Below, piece by piece: positions 25,686-39,267 of a DNA stretch of 64,000 bases (the first letter of the stretch is position 1; the number at the start of each line of letters is the position of its first letter). Under the pieces are notes generated by a model. The model had not been told where the DNA came from and ran no database searches. It was given only the letters and a program-made list of their open reading frames with translations. The stretch is from NCBI GenBank assembly GCA_051294375.1, contig CM119264.1:1576522-1640521 (forward strand). Direction: 5' to 3'. The position numbers were made by a program, and so were the translations under genes. This DNA comes from Paraspadella gotoi. Its lineage: Eukaryota > Animalia > Chaetognatha.

Positions 25686-28600
25686 CAGGGTTGTGGAGGC
25701 TGGCCATGGTTTTTCCTCTTCAGCTCCAGCTCCAACTGCCAGCTCGAGGCCCAAAAATTTTTTCAGGCTCCGCAGCTCCAACTCCGGCTCCCATCCTAAT
25801 ATTTATGTTCCAGCTCCGAACTCTGCTCAAACAGCTCCACTAAAGAATTTTGAGACAGCTCACAGCCCCGCTGCCGGCTCCGCAGCTCCGACCCTTTAAA
25901 GTTTAATGATTAAATCGTTGTCTTATATTTAAATTAGTCCTAATTTTATAATTTACTTATTTATTTAACTATTTATTTGCTATATTTAAATAAATAATAA
26001 TTTAATTAATTCAATGTATGAAAATCATTGATAATTCAGTTTATTACTTAATAATTAATGTATTTTTTAATATTTAATGTATGAGAACACGATTTGTACT
26101 TAAAATGTTAAGAGACAAGGAGTATAAGAGAGTATACAGAAGAGTAAAGATAAATACTCGTTTACTCCCCATATAATTAATAGGATTTTCTTTATATAAA
26201 AATCAGATATTTATCAAAAATTTTAATTTATCACCTTAAAAATATTTTTTAATCAGGATTTTACTATCTAGTTTAGGCTCAGTATTGGTCATAGTTTTGC
26301 CTGCATTTGAATTCTGTGTCAGTGCAGAGATCACCTATTTACAGGTATGAGCAAAAATGAAAGTAGGATACTTTGCAAAAGCGTTAAAGGACTCTTACAC
26401 TTAACCTTACCTTACCATCTGAACGCCACACGACGCGACATAAAGGCGGCGCTAAACAGTTACGAAGGAAGGTCTCGCTCGCAATGCGCAAGGAACCAGG
26501 AACTAAACTTTAGCAACCGACTTGGTCTTAAGGCAGAAGAGGGCAGCCGGCCAGAACATATCAGGTCAGGATTGAGAAGTAGCCACAAGGCAATTTTTCC
26601 CAAGAAGGTATAAAGTCTGGAACTCAGAAACCAAATGACCTATGAACATGCCAAATAGACCCGGTCACATCGTCACTGTTGCTTTGCCTTTGTCCAGAAG
26701 CAGGGGGGCCAGCCTCATGTTCTTCCTCTTATTTTTTACTAACCTCTCTTCTCTTTAAATGCGCAGGTTTATTGTTACTTTTAGCAATTTATTATTTAAA
26801 ATGATAATGTTTGCAAAAACTTAAATTGTTTTATAATATATTAATTATCTCAACTATTCGTCTCTTTCTTGTCTCCCCGTCACGGTCTTTAGTACTTATT
26901 CTTAACCTGGTCTTTAAGGCTCGCCACTGGTCCTTTTTCTTATTTTTTTGGAACGCTCTCTCTCCTCTGGCTGCTTCTCCTTTTTCACTTTTCAACACAC
27001 GCCAAACCTTATAATTTGTCAAAAATTTTCACAAATGATTTATTTTTATTATTATTATTTTTTGGTGGCTAATGAAGACTTACATCTAAAGTTTAAAAAT
27101 TTTCCTTTTTCTACCTTTCAAAATAAATTTGTTGCATAACAAAAACAAAGAACGATGCTAATCCAATGTTTTTGCGCCAACAAGTGTATTTTCTTTTCAT
27201 GTGTAGTTTCCAGTGATCACATGATTAAGAAAAATTATTTTTTAAAATGTTTATGGTTGATCACTGACTGTGTAAAGTTTGCATTTCAGAACAACCAGAC
27301 ATTTCAAAGAAAATATACTGAGTTCGGGGTTCCAGGCCCTACACTAATAGTGACAGTAATGTGTCAACTTGACGTACACCAAGTATGAAACACAATAGCA
27401 CAAGAAGATTTAGTAAATGCTTACGCAGTCTGCCAAGTATTACCTAAAATAGACTTTCTTAGCCTAGTGTATTTAATGGCATGCAATATATTTATAGTAT
27501 TATCTTTATATAGAATAAGAAATTTTCAAAAATAAATTTTTGCTTTAATTTTTCATTAATGTGTCAGATTTTTTGTAAAAAAATTGACGGCAAAAATCAT
27601 AAAACATGTTATCATAATTTTTTTTGTTCTTCAGTGTCCAAAATTGGGAAAAAAAGGTCAAAATTTTTAACTCTGGGAAATAGTAACTAGCAGTGGGTGT
27701 CCATGGTAACAGTCAGTTAAACTTTTAACATATTGGTGCAGAACTATTGTATTCAATGTTATTTCTGAGATAACAATGTCAAAGATAAGTTCTTAAACCT
27801 TATGATACTATAGTTTCGAATTCAATTTTTATAAATTTTTGTTGGCAAGAACATGTCAATTTAAAATGAGTCTTATTTTTCAGCTTTTTTTAATTTTTAG
27901 ATAATTTTTTTACTTAATAATTTTATTAAAAAAATTAAATGTAAAAAAATATTTTGAATAGATACAAATTATTTCAATTTAAATTTTGTAATAAATAAGT
28001 GGGCATTAATAAAAAGAAATACAAAATATTAAAAATAATATAAAAATTTATCAAATATGCTAATTAATTTGATATTATAATTTATTATTGTGAAGTTGGT
28101 AAAAGCGATTGAATCATTAAGCCAGGAAAAAAATGGTTGGCTATTTATTTCAATAAATTATTATTAAATCAATTAAAAAAAGTAATATGAACAAGGTAAG
28201 TAGATAATTTTTTAAAAATAAGATTGTTGCATTAATAAAAGCTCTGGAGCTAAAAATATATAAATGATATCATGCTGGAAAAACTACGCCTGGGTTGGTG
28301 TGTTCGCCCCTCTGAACGCAATGGATTTGGCTGAAGGATGATGGGACGTGAGGCGGTATGAATAAATTATAAGATATTATATATTTATATAATAATATTC
28401 ATTGAATATACGCGCCACAATAAAACATAGTTTTATAAAGAGTTTTTTTAATTTTTTTCTGACAAATCCGAAATTTTTTAAAATATCAGTTTTAAAGTTT
28501 TGAAATTTGATAGGATATTAAGCTAATAAAGAAGAATACGATTTGCCTATACTGTTATCTAAAATATTGTTTTTAAAATGGCATGATTTTTTTAATTACA

Positions 28601-29912
28601 TATACATTGTACAAAAGCACAAAAAAATATTGTTAACGTCGCTTAATCTTTTCATCACTCACACTACTATACATGATGTAAAAGCATTAAGTTTCACTGT
28701 GACTTTATTTAAAATAATGCAGTCCTACAAGGCATATAAAATGACCGCCGTAGAAAAAAAATGGAAAAAAAAAAACAAAAATTTTAAAAAACGGGAATGT
28801 TTTGTTCCCCCCGTTTTTGGGGAAAAAAAAACCGCTAAAAATAAAAAAATTTAATTTTTCCCCCAAATGACATACAGCAGCGGAGAATGACGTTATGACG
28901 ATATTGACACAATAAATTAATTGAAAAATGTCGCAATAAATGATGACCGGTGGACCGCAATAAAAAATGTTATTGGCTATGGCTATACTATAAATAGTAT
29001 AATGATAATATAGCACAAAAAGATTATCGACTGATGTTGTCCGGATGCAAACAAATAAACCAAAACTAAACATAATAAAGTACTGACATAGCTAACAGCA
29101 CTAAACGATAAAATGTCGGATATGAATCTAAAGGACAAATGATTTAAAAAATGATAAGTCTGGACTTTAATAATAATTGACTTGGTAAATTGGACTAACG
29201 TAAAAAAGACGTAAATAACCAATTCACCAATGACCAATAACGCATGAAATAAAATTTGACGTAAAGTTTTAGTAACAACTGAAACTGTCATAAATTTAAA
29301 GTAAAGCTAAAGGTGAAGCGAATATATTACTAAAAGGTGTAATAAATAAGTAGCATAAATACAGTAAATAATTTTAGATAGAATAACCTAAAATGATGCA
29401 CTTGTTTTTAAAAATATGTTAATGTTAAATGTATTTTATGTATACTTATTTAATTAATTGTAAATGTGTCAGCTATGAAGGCGAATTAAAAAAAGGTTAA
29501 TTTTAAAGGAAAAAATATTTTACTAAAGACAAAAGCGGCTAACATTTAGATTATGCAAATCATAATTGGATTTGATTGTTCAAAATCTATACTGAACAAA
29601 CCAAGAGGAACCAACATTTTAATCAAGCTTTTTTCTTCTGAAAAAAAATTTTTTAATATTGATTTTCATTTTAATAAATTTTATATTTCAAAAAATTTTC
29701 TTGAGCTGGAGTTTTGGAACTTTTTTTTGCCCGCTCCGAAATCCAGCTCGGCAGCTCCGTGCCAAGATAAAAATCTCAGCTCCAGCTCGCAGCTCCGCGC
29801 ATCCGGTAGGAAAATGGAACTTCAGCTGCCAGCTGCCAGCTCCCGCTCGGCCAAAATATGCCAGCTCGCGGCAGCTCCGACTCCAGCTCCAGCTCGCAGC
29901 TCCACATCCCTG
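25686..29912. mobile_element. Non-autonomous hAT-like DNA transposon (~4.2 kb)
   Basis: Terminal inverted repeats CAGGGTTGTGGAG(G)CTG and CAGCTCCACATCCCTG. Subterminal CCAGCT/GGAGCT clusters occur at both ends (25720-25895, 29700-29905). The left 8-bp flank is CCACACAC (25678-25685); the right flank is CCATCCAC (29913-29920) and exactly CCACACAC in the duplicate right end (33019-33026). No transposase motif was read. Confidence 0.75.
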
Positions 29913-29974
29913 CCATCCACAAAGAAAAACTTTTGTGTGAAGGATAAGAGAATTTCCCTAACGACGACGGAACA

Positions 29975-31248
29975 AGAAAGTAAGATAAAACAGTACGACA
30001 AGAAAATAAGAAATTATTATAATAGTTGTCGTGCAAGAAAATAAAGAAGGTAAATAAGACGTAGACGAAAATAAGGAAAATTATTATAAACAAGGAGACA
30101 AGAAAATAAGAATTTTATGGGGATAAGAAAAATTATTATAAACAGGAGACAAGAAAATAAAGAAAGTAATAAACAGTAGACACGAAAATAAGAAATTATT
30201 TATAACAGGGAGACAGCACCTGTTATATAAACCAGAGACCAAGAATATAAGAAATTATTGATACAGGAGACAAGAAATAAGAAATTATTAATAACCAGGA
30301 AGACAAGAAATAAGGAAATTATTATAACAGTAGACAAGAAATAAGAAATTATTATAAACAACAGGAGGACAAGAAAATAAGAATTATTTAACAGTAGACA
30401 GAAATAAAAAATTATATAAAACAGTAGACAAGAAAATAAGAAATTATGTATAAACAGTAGAAAAGAAGTAAGAAATTATTATAACAGGAGACAAGAACAT
30501 TAAGAAATTATTAATAAACAGGGACGAAGAAAATAAGAAGATTAATTATACAGTAGAGCAAGAAAATAGAAATTATTATAAACAGGAGACAAGAATAAGA
30601 AAATTATTATAAACAGTAGACAGAAAATAAGAAAGTTATTATAAACAGGGAGACAAGAAATAGAGAAAACTATTTAAACAGTAGAGCAAGAAAATAAGAA
30701 ATTTATTATAGAACAGGAGACAAGAAATAAGAAAATTATTAATAAACAGGAGACAAGAAAATAAGAATATTATAGAACAGGAGACAAGAAAATAAGAAAT
30801 TATTATAAAACAGTAGACAAGAAAATAAGAAAATTTTTAATTGATGAAGCAGGAGACAAGAAACATAAGAAATTATTATAAACAGTAGACAAGAAAATAA
30901 GAAATTATATAAATAGGAGACAAAGAAAAATAGAAATTATTTAAAGCAGTAGACCAAAGAAAGATAAGAAATTATAAAACAGGAGAACAAGAAAATAAGA
31001 AATGTAATTATAACAGAGAACAGAGAAAATTAAGAAATTATTAATAAGGAGAGCAAGAAAATAAGAAAGATTATTATAAACAGTAGGACGAAGAAAATAA
31101 GAAAATTAATTATTAAAACAGTAAGAACAAGAAAATAAGAAATTATTATAACAGTAAGAGCAAGAAAATAAGAAATTATTATAAAACCGTAGACAAGANN
31201 NNNNNNNNNNNNNNNNNNNNNNNTAGACAAGAAAATAAGAAATTATTA
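29975..31248. repeat. 31/32-bp satellite AAACAG(T)AGACAAGAAAATAAGAAATTATTAT
   Basis: Dozens of tandem units in CAGTAGAC and CAGGAGAC variants; contains a 25-N gap. Confidence 0.95.
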
Positions 31249-31971
31249 TGGTTGCTCAGAGGAGGTTTGACTGTCAAACTCGTTGCTCAGGTGAAGTTTG
31301 ACTGTCAAACTCATTGCTAAGAAGTTGTGTGTTTAAAATCGCTTTGCCAGGAAGAAAATAGATTTCGTGTTATCAAATTTGTTGCTCAAGCGAAATTAAT
31401 TGCTAAACTTGATGCTAATTTCGTTAGCCAACTAGATTTTCGTCGTAACACGTCCGGTTGTCTCAAAAGAAGACGACGACGAAAAAGACGACGATGTTGA
31501 AAACGACCAGCACGATGACAACGACGATGATGATGACAAAGATGATGATGACGACGACGACGACGATGATGATGATGACAAAGATGACGACGACGACGAC
31601 GACGACGCAACTTTCACTTCCGGGTTTTGACTCGCGACGCCTTGACGCTGAGGATCTCAAACTTGATTGACGAAAGAGAAAAATACGATTGACGTAAGCG
31701 AAATAGAGAGAGAGAGAGAGAGAGANNNNNNNNNNNNNNNNNNNNNNNNNNNNNNNNNNNNNNNNNNNNNNNNNNNNNNNNNNNNNNNNNNNNNNNNNNN
31801 NNNNNNNNNNNNNNNNNNNNNNNNNNNNNNNNNNNNNNNNNNNNNNNNNNNNNNNNNNNNNNNNNNNNNNNNNNNNNNNNNNNNNNNNNNNNNNNNNNNN
31901 NNNNNNNNNNNNNNNNNNNNNNNNNNNNNNNNNNNNNNNNNNNNNNNNNNNNNNNNNNNNNNNNNNNNNGA

Positions 31972-32005
<34 letters not shown>

Positions 32006-33089
32006 AAGTGAGAAGACCGGGCTTATTTTTTATGCTGTTATGACGACGTCTATCAAATTGAGTTAAGGGTGTATACATGATTTAGCCACAAAAAGAAAAG
32101 AATGTAAAGCTGGACCTTTCAAAACCGGATGTTGTCCGTGATGCAACAAAATAAAACCAAACTAAACATAATAAGTACTGACATACTAACCACTAACATA
32201 AAAAGTCATATGGAATCTAAAAGGGACAAAATGATTTAAAAAATTGATAAGTCTGACTTTGATATAATTGACTTGGGTAAATTGATAACGGTAAAAAAGA
32301 CGTAAATAACCAATCACCAATGACCAATAACCATGACAATAATTGACGTAAAGTTTAGTAAACTTGAAACTGTCATAAATTTAAAGGTAAACTAACAGAA
32401 GTGAAGCGAATTTTAGTATTACTAAAAGTGTAGATAAATAAGTTTTAGCATAAATAGTATATAATTTAGATAAATAAAACTAAAGGTGCACTTTGGTTTG
32501 TAAACATATACGTTGATGTATGATATTTTATGGTGATTACCTATTTAATATAATTGTAAATGTGTTCACTATTGAAGCAATTTAAAAAGAAAGGTAATGT
32601 GTGAGAGGAAAAAATATTACCTAGAACCACGGCTTAACATTTAGATTAATGCTCAATAATCGATAATTTGGGATTTTGATTTCAGAATCTATAGGCTGGA
32701 ACAAACAAGAGACAACATTTTAATCAAGCTTTTTCCTTCTGGAGAAAAATTGATAATATGATATTTTTTCATTTTATTAAATTTTAGCTTATTTTCCAAA
32801 AAGTTTTCTTCGGAGCTGGATTGGAATTTTTTTTGCCCGCTCCGGACTCCAGCTCCAGCTCCGGCCAAGATAAAATGCTCGCTCCAGGCTTTGCCAGCTC
32901 CCGCTCCGTGTAGGAAAATAAAAATCCAGCCCTCCAGCTCCAGCTCCAGCTTGCCGGCCAAATACCAGCTCCGAGCAAGGCCCCCGAGCTCCGTCCAGCT
33001 CCAGGCTTCCACATCCTGCCACACACACAAAAAAACTTTAGTTGTGGTAAGGATTAAGAGAAAAAATCCGTAACGACGACGCGGCGGAA

Positions 33090-33675
33090 CAAGAAAGTAA
33101 GATAAACAGTAGGACAAGAAAAATAAGAATATTAAGAAATTATTATAAACAGGGAGACTCGAAGAAAATTAAGAAATATTATTTAAACGAGTAGACAAGG
33201 GGAAAATAAGAAAGTTTGATATATAAACAGTAGAACGAAGAAATAAGAAAGATTATTATTAAACGAGAGACAAGAAAAATTTTAAGGAAATTATATAAAA
33301 CAGGAGACAAGAAAATAAGGAAATTTATTACTAAACAGGAGACAAGAAGAATAAGAGGAAAGTAAATAAACCAGTAGACAAGAAAATAGAGAAAATTTAT
33401 TATAAACAGAGACAAGAAGAATTAAGAAATATTATAAACAGGAGGGACAAGAAAGATTAAAGAAATATCAATAAGCGGGAGGACAAGAGAAATAAGGAAA
33501 ATTATTATAAACAGAGACAGAAATAAGAAGAATTGGATGTTTATTAATAACAGTAGACAAGGGAAAATAAGAAATATTATAAAACAGGAGACAAGGAAAA
33601 TTTTAGAAATGAATTTAAAACGAGTAGACAAGAAATTAAAAATATATAAGCAGTAGGACAAGAAATAGAAATATA
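33090..33675. repeat. Same 31/32-bp satellite, second array
   Basis: Same unit with more indels. Confidence 0.9.
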
Positions 33676-33859
33676 TAGCGGAAGGGGGGGTGCGGTGGGG
33701 GGCGCGGGGTCGATGCGGTAGGGTGCGCGCGAGCGAGGGGGGAGGGCGCTGGGGTTAGCTTTTATCTTGTATAAATTGTTCTTTTTTGAACACATGGAGC
33801 TACTGTTAGTATTTTCTAACAATGTTATTTGAAGAAATCGGATGATGGAAAAGATGCTC

Positions 33860-36170
33860 GTCACTTTTACCTCATAACCGTCTGTTAACGGAGGATGCGA
33901 TTTATCAGATCCAACTTTTCCATAATATAATGAATAAATGAAATCTTTTATTTAATAAACACAAACCGCATACCGACGATTATACAGGATTCCAGCGCAC
34001 ATGACTCGCGCCGGCCGCAAACCCATCAAATTTGATGCCCCGCACGAGTATTCCTCACCTTAATAAAAAATAGAAAAGAAAAAGAAATATACAAAATTTA
34101 AAAAGTTTTTTGTTTTATTGAAAAACAAAATCAAAAAACTTTTTTCATGTTCAATGATTCATATGCCTCACCTTTTACATTAAGCTCTAAGAACGTCTCT
34201 TTTTTCGCCATTTTATTTAACGTATTATGGTCCGGCACATTTATTCCATACTATGCCCTCCCAAAAAAAACTGTATTTGTCTGTATGCCTTGCCTTGAAA
34301 ATGATGTCAACTTCAATCGTTCAGGGATATTAACTGCATTTAATTTTGAGCCGGGAAAATAAATTCAAAATCCTATTTGAAGTTGTCGGCGAACCAAGAT
34401 CCCATCGCCTTCCGTCTTTCAGCGGCCTTTCCGCTGTAGTTGGTGTTCGGCGCGCAGAGAACGAAAATTGAGGAACCGGTCTCTGGACCAGAGACCAACG
34501 ATTGTATGCCTTCCACAGGAGGCCACCGCCGATTCTCGACTGAAGATGTCGTTATAGTCCACGTTGGCTTTGGATCGTTAAAACTTGGGACGATTTAGAA
34601 ACAAAGACAGCGTAAGCCCATGCCTCGCCCCCCGTCCCCTGATTTCAGATATGAGCCTGATGTAGACCAAACAATCCAGAACCATCTTTCTTGCCTTTTG
34701 AGCCTCCCTTTTTGAATTTTTGTATCCAACAGTATATATCGAACATGGACGGCCAGCGCCGAACTTCATTTTTTGATCGCTATCGAAAGTACTCGTTCAA
34801 TAAAAAAAACAAAAAAGAAAGAAGAAATGATAGCGAAATATGCTAACCTTGTTTATCGGAAAAAATTGTGCTGGTGCCTCGTTGAATTATTAAAGGAAGT
34901 GTGCAAAGAGTTAAAGTTAGGATATGGAACAGCGTGTGTTTAATATGTTTCAAAACAATCAAAATGGACGACAAATCAAAATGAGCAACAAAAATTGTTT
35001 TTTATATTCCGCCAATTTCTCAGGTTCCACTTTAATGCAACCAAATAAATAAAAGTATTTTTGAATAAAAAACTTTTATTCTTTTGTTCTCATTTTTCGA
35101 AGATCTCTTGGACTTTTTCGACGCATCTTTGTGAACCAAACCAACGGAACCCAGAACTATTTCACTTTCCAATCACCTCTACTAAGCTGAAGAGTAGAGA
35201 GTACCCCGATCAGAGGCCAGAGAAAAGAAACCACCACTTTTGAGGGAGGAAAACAAATCAATCGAAAAGCCCGCATCTTTGGACCTTGACTTGATCTGCA
35301 ACCTTCTTATCATTCTGTCCTCAAACCGAAGCGAAGGAATGCTAGTCGAATTTTCTTTGCTCTGAAAACCTCGGGCTTGCAATCTAAAATTCAAAATCCA
35401 ACATTTTTTGGGCGTTCGGGCCAGGGGCGTCGACACAAGTCCGCGCATGGCTTTGTCTGCCTTTCAAACTTTTTACACCCGGTGCCATGCTGCTCGATGC
35501 GGTCGAATGGGGTAGGATGTACTCGGGATTGGAGCCAGAATTTTTTTATCAAAGATTTCAGCATTCGACAAAAAAAATTATGCGACATTCCCTCGTTGTC
35601 TCTGGTTTGTCCCAAAAAACGCTCGTTTGATTGGAGGCTTTTAAATCAAGTACGGCCCGCTCGTGCATGCCGAGGAAAATAGAAAGGCGAGACTGGAAGA
35701 CCTCTGGGAGGAGTGCATTGCGGATGAAAATGCTTTGTTTTAAAATCAGCCAAGGGAAGGAGATGAGATTGCCTATGAATATTCGTAGAGATAGAGAATG
35801 TCTGGTGAGGTGGAATATTATTAAGCATATCTGATTTATCCACTTGCAAACCCATAGCGGTCGTCACTCGTGAGGTCAAAAAAACAAAAATCTCGAGATA
35901 GCCGTCCTCTATGTTCGCAAAGAGGAGGCATCCCCATAACTGTTTCCAGCACATCCCTAGCTTCGTTGTTTCATGTTGTGTCATCAAGCAGCAGAGCCCC
36001 ACGACGTCTCGGGCTATGCAAGGTATCGGTACACAAGAGAAGAAGAGATTTGTTGTGACGAGTCCCGATTCATAGTGTGTATAGTAGGATGTGGAATGAT
36101 AGGGTTGAAAATGACCGAGTGGAGGGGGAGATTAGTGTCGGGAGGGTCGTTGGATGATGAGTGTTAGTTC
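33860..36170 (-). pseudogene. Spliced gene-like island of unknown product (frameshifted)
   Basis: Balanced-GC blocks alternate with short AT-rich intron-like gaps: donor-like AAG|GTTAG (~34847) and CG|GTATG (~33973), acceptor-like TTTTTTATTAAG (~34060). Protein-like frames include DPKPTWTITTSSVENRRWPPVEGIQSLV and ALLPEVFQSRLSIFLGMHERAVLDLK. Confidence 0.4.
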
Positions 36171-36199
36171 TTCGGGTGTAATTCTCTGCTCCCTCGGGT

Positions 36200-37178
36200 T
36201 TATAAACAGTAGACAAGATAAGAAAGTAAGAAATCGTATATAACAGGGGAGGCAAGAGGAAAACTAAGAAAATATTATGATAAACAGGAGTACAAGAGAA
36301 AAAGGAACGGTATTGACTAGGGTAGAAATTTGTTTTCAAGAACAGTAGACAAGAACATTAAGAAGAAATTATTTTTATAAACCTATCCATTGGAGACAAG
36401 AAAATAAGCAAATTATTAAATATACAGTAGACAAGGCTGAAATGAATTTCAAGAGGATTTATTATATAAACAGGAGACGAATAGAAAATAAGGTATGAAT
36501 TTCTTATTTATAAGAGCTACGGTAGACGAAATAAGCTTGGAAAATAATATATCTTATATAATCAAAGAAATAGTTAAAAAATTTTTTTATTTATAAAACA
36601 GAGCCGGGATAGACCAACGAGAATATAATAAGACGGAAATTATTATAAACCAGGAAGACAAGAAAATAAGAAATATATAAACAGGAGACCAAGAAAAAAA
36701 GAAGCTAAATAAGAAGATATTATAAAACGTAGTAGACAAGAAAATAAGAAATTATTTAAAACTAGGAGACAAGAAAATTAAGAAATTATTATAAACAGTT
36801 TAGACAAGAAAATAAGAAATATGTGATATGATTGATAAACAGGAGACAAGAACAATTACAGAACAATATTTATTAAACTGATATAGAGAAATAAGAGCAA
36901 TTATTATAAACAAGGAGACAATCGAGAATTAAGAATCGATATAATTAAAGACATTTATAAACAGAGACAATGAAAATAAGAAGTATTAATAAATTATAAA
37001 CTAGGAGACTAAGTATGAACCAAAATAAGAAAATTTATCTGTATAAACAGGAGACAAGAAAATAAGACAGATTATTATAAACAGTAGACAAGAAAATAAG
37101 AATATTCATTATAAACAGTAGGACAAGGAAAATAAGAAATTATTATTAAACCGTAGACAGAAAGATAACAAATTATTA
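36200..37178. repeat. Same 31/32-bp satellite, third array
   Basis: Same unit, very noisy. Confidence 0.9.
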
Positions 37179-39132
37179 TGGTTCTTCAGTAGAGGTTGGA
37201 CTGTCAATAACTCATGTTTGCCAGGGAAAGTTGACTGTCAAACTCATTGCTGAAAGAAGTTGTGGGGTGTTTGTTAAACTCCGCATTGCACAGAAAAAGA
37301 AAAAATAGATTAAGTGTGATACCCTTTAAAGTTAATGCCAATTTAAGGAGAGCAGTCTAAGCTCGGAAATATAATTGCTACCACTAATGATCTAATAGTT
37401 TCTCTCAAACCTGTTTAGGCCATACTTATTATTTCGTCGTAACCACGTCGCGGTATGTCTTAAAGAAGAGACGGACGACTCGAAAAAGTGAGATAGGACA
37501 CGAGGTTGAAAACGACCAGCACTGATGACAACGACGATGATGGTAATAGAGACCAAGAGATTGATTGATGAATTAACTGGACAACTTTAAACTCTCTCGA
37601 TATGATGAATTGTTATGACTAAGTATGTCTCGAACGACGTACGTCACTCACCCCTTGCCGCAACTTTCACTTCCGGGTTTGTGACTTCACGCGAGCGCTT
37701 CCATCTCTGGACTTGCAGGGACGATTCCGGAAACTTGAATGACGGAAAGAGAAAAATACGTAATTGACGTTAAGCGAAATAGAGAGAGAGAGAGGAGAGA
37801 CGAGGTGAGCCGAGAGGGAGAGAGGAGAGAAGAGAGGATGAGAGAAGGAAAAGACCGAAATTAAACACATTTCAAGACGCAATCAATCAATCAAGAAAGA
37901 AAAAATAAAGAAAGAAAGAAAGAGAAGAAAGGAAGAGAGAAGAGAAGAAGAAAGATAAGAAAGAAAGAAAAGAAAAGAAAGAAAAGAAAGAAAAGCAAAG
38001 ATAAGAAAGAAAGATAAAGTGAAGAAGACCGCGGACTTTTTTTTATGCTGTTTTAGATGCTCGACGACGTCTATCAAATGAGTAAGGGAAAGGGAAGGGC
38101 GAGGGAGAGAGAGAAAGGGAGGAGGGAGAGTTGAAAAGAAAAAGAGAGGGAGGAAGGGAAGGGAAGGGAGGGAGAAGAGGGAGGGAAAGGAGGTAAGGAG
38201 ATGAGATGGGAGGAAAGAGAAGGAGGGAAGGGGAGGAGGGAAGGAGGGAGAGGAAAGAGGAGGGGATTGAGAGGCAAGTGCTATGCATGAGTACGAACTG
38301 GCTGAGGAGAAGAAAGAGTGAGAGAGGAAAGGGGCCTGTAGAGAGGGAGAATGGACTAGGGGGAGGAGAGTAGGGAGGAGCTATAAGGGTAGGCGATGAG
38401 AGGGGAGGTAAGAGAAGGGGAGTGGGAATGTGAAGGGAAGTCGGGAGAGGGTGTTGGACGAGGGAGTGGTGAATAGACGAGTGGATAGCGTACGGTGGAG
38501 ATAGTGAGCATTGGTGGTCAGGTGAGGAATTGTAATAGAGAGGAAGGAGAAGAAAGGGAAGGAAGGAAGAATAAAGAACGGGAGGGAAGAGATAGTGTTA
38601 AGGTGAGATCTCAGAAGCATATGCAATAATGCTGAGATGTGACGAGGTTGTCATAAAGGGGAAGGGGTAATGGCGGGATGGTGCGAGCTGGAGCATGGTG
38701 AGCTAGGAGGAGGACTTGGTTGGCAGAAGAGAAATATGATGCTGCTTGTGTGACAAAAGAAGAGATGGAAGGATATATGTCTAAAAATGATATTGGTTGT
38801 GTGTGGTTAGAAGAATTAAGTAAAGAAAAAGAACAAGTATAGGAAGCGAAAGAAAGAGAAAGGTTAAGCCAGGAATCTATAATAGCTTAAATGGCTAAAA
38901 GTGGANNNNNNNNNNNNNNNNNNNNNNNNNGTTAAGGGCAAAGGCTAAAGGCTAAAGGCTAAAAGCAAAAGGCTAAAGGCTAAGGGCAAATGTCTTAAGG
39001 CTTAGGGCAAAAGCCTAAAGAGAGGCGTAGGTGAAAAGTTTTGAGGTTAAATTGAGGAAAACGAGAAAAAAAATTAAATTTATGAAAAGAGTGAAAAAAG
39101 ATTGAGGGAGCGAATGAGAGGAGAATAATGAT

Positions 39133-39164
<32 letters not shown>

Positions 39165-39267
39165 GAAAAGGAAATATGGTTTAAATGGATTTAAACGACG
39201 AAGTAGAGATTAGAGGGAAATACTAATGCTAATACTTATGGGTTAACAATTTAGGGGTTAAAGACTG

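Larger units (their letters stand above)
32125..38085 (+). repeat. Noisy direct duplicate of 29033-32065 with an extra ~2.5-kb insert in the satellite
   Basis: 32125-33090 matches 29033-29975 and 37180-38085 matches 31250-32065, e.g. GAAAACGACCAGCAC, ACTTTCACTTCCGGGTTT and GACGACGTCTATCAAAT. Confidence 0.85.

Noticed and set aside
34735-34775. hAT transposase RW motif (NEVRRWPSMFD)
   Set aside because: No other hAT motif was readable, and a similar RRWP recurs downstream, arguing against the single RW box of hAT transposases.
29975-37178. CRISPR array (31/32-bp repeats)
   Set aside because: Units are head-to-tail with no unique spacers, no cas genes are present and the context is eukaryotic.
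38085-38905. Coding or mobile sequence in the purine-rich block before the gap (similar block at 24660-24800)
   Set aside because: No motif or repeat partner; it looks like a low-quality read tail.
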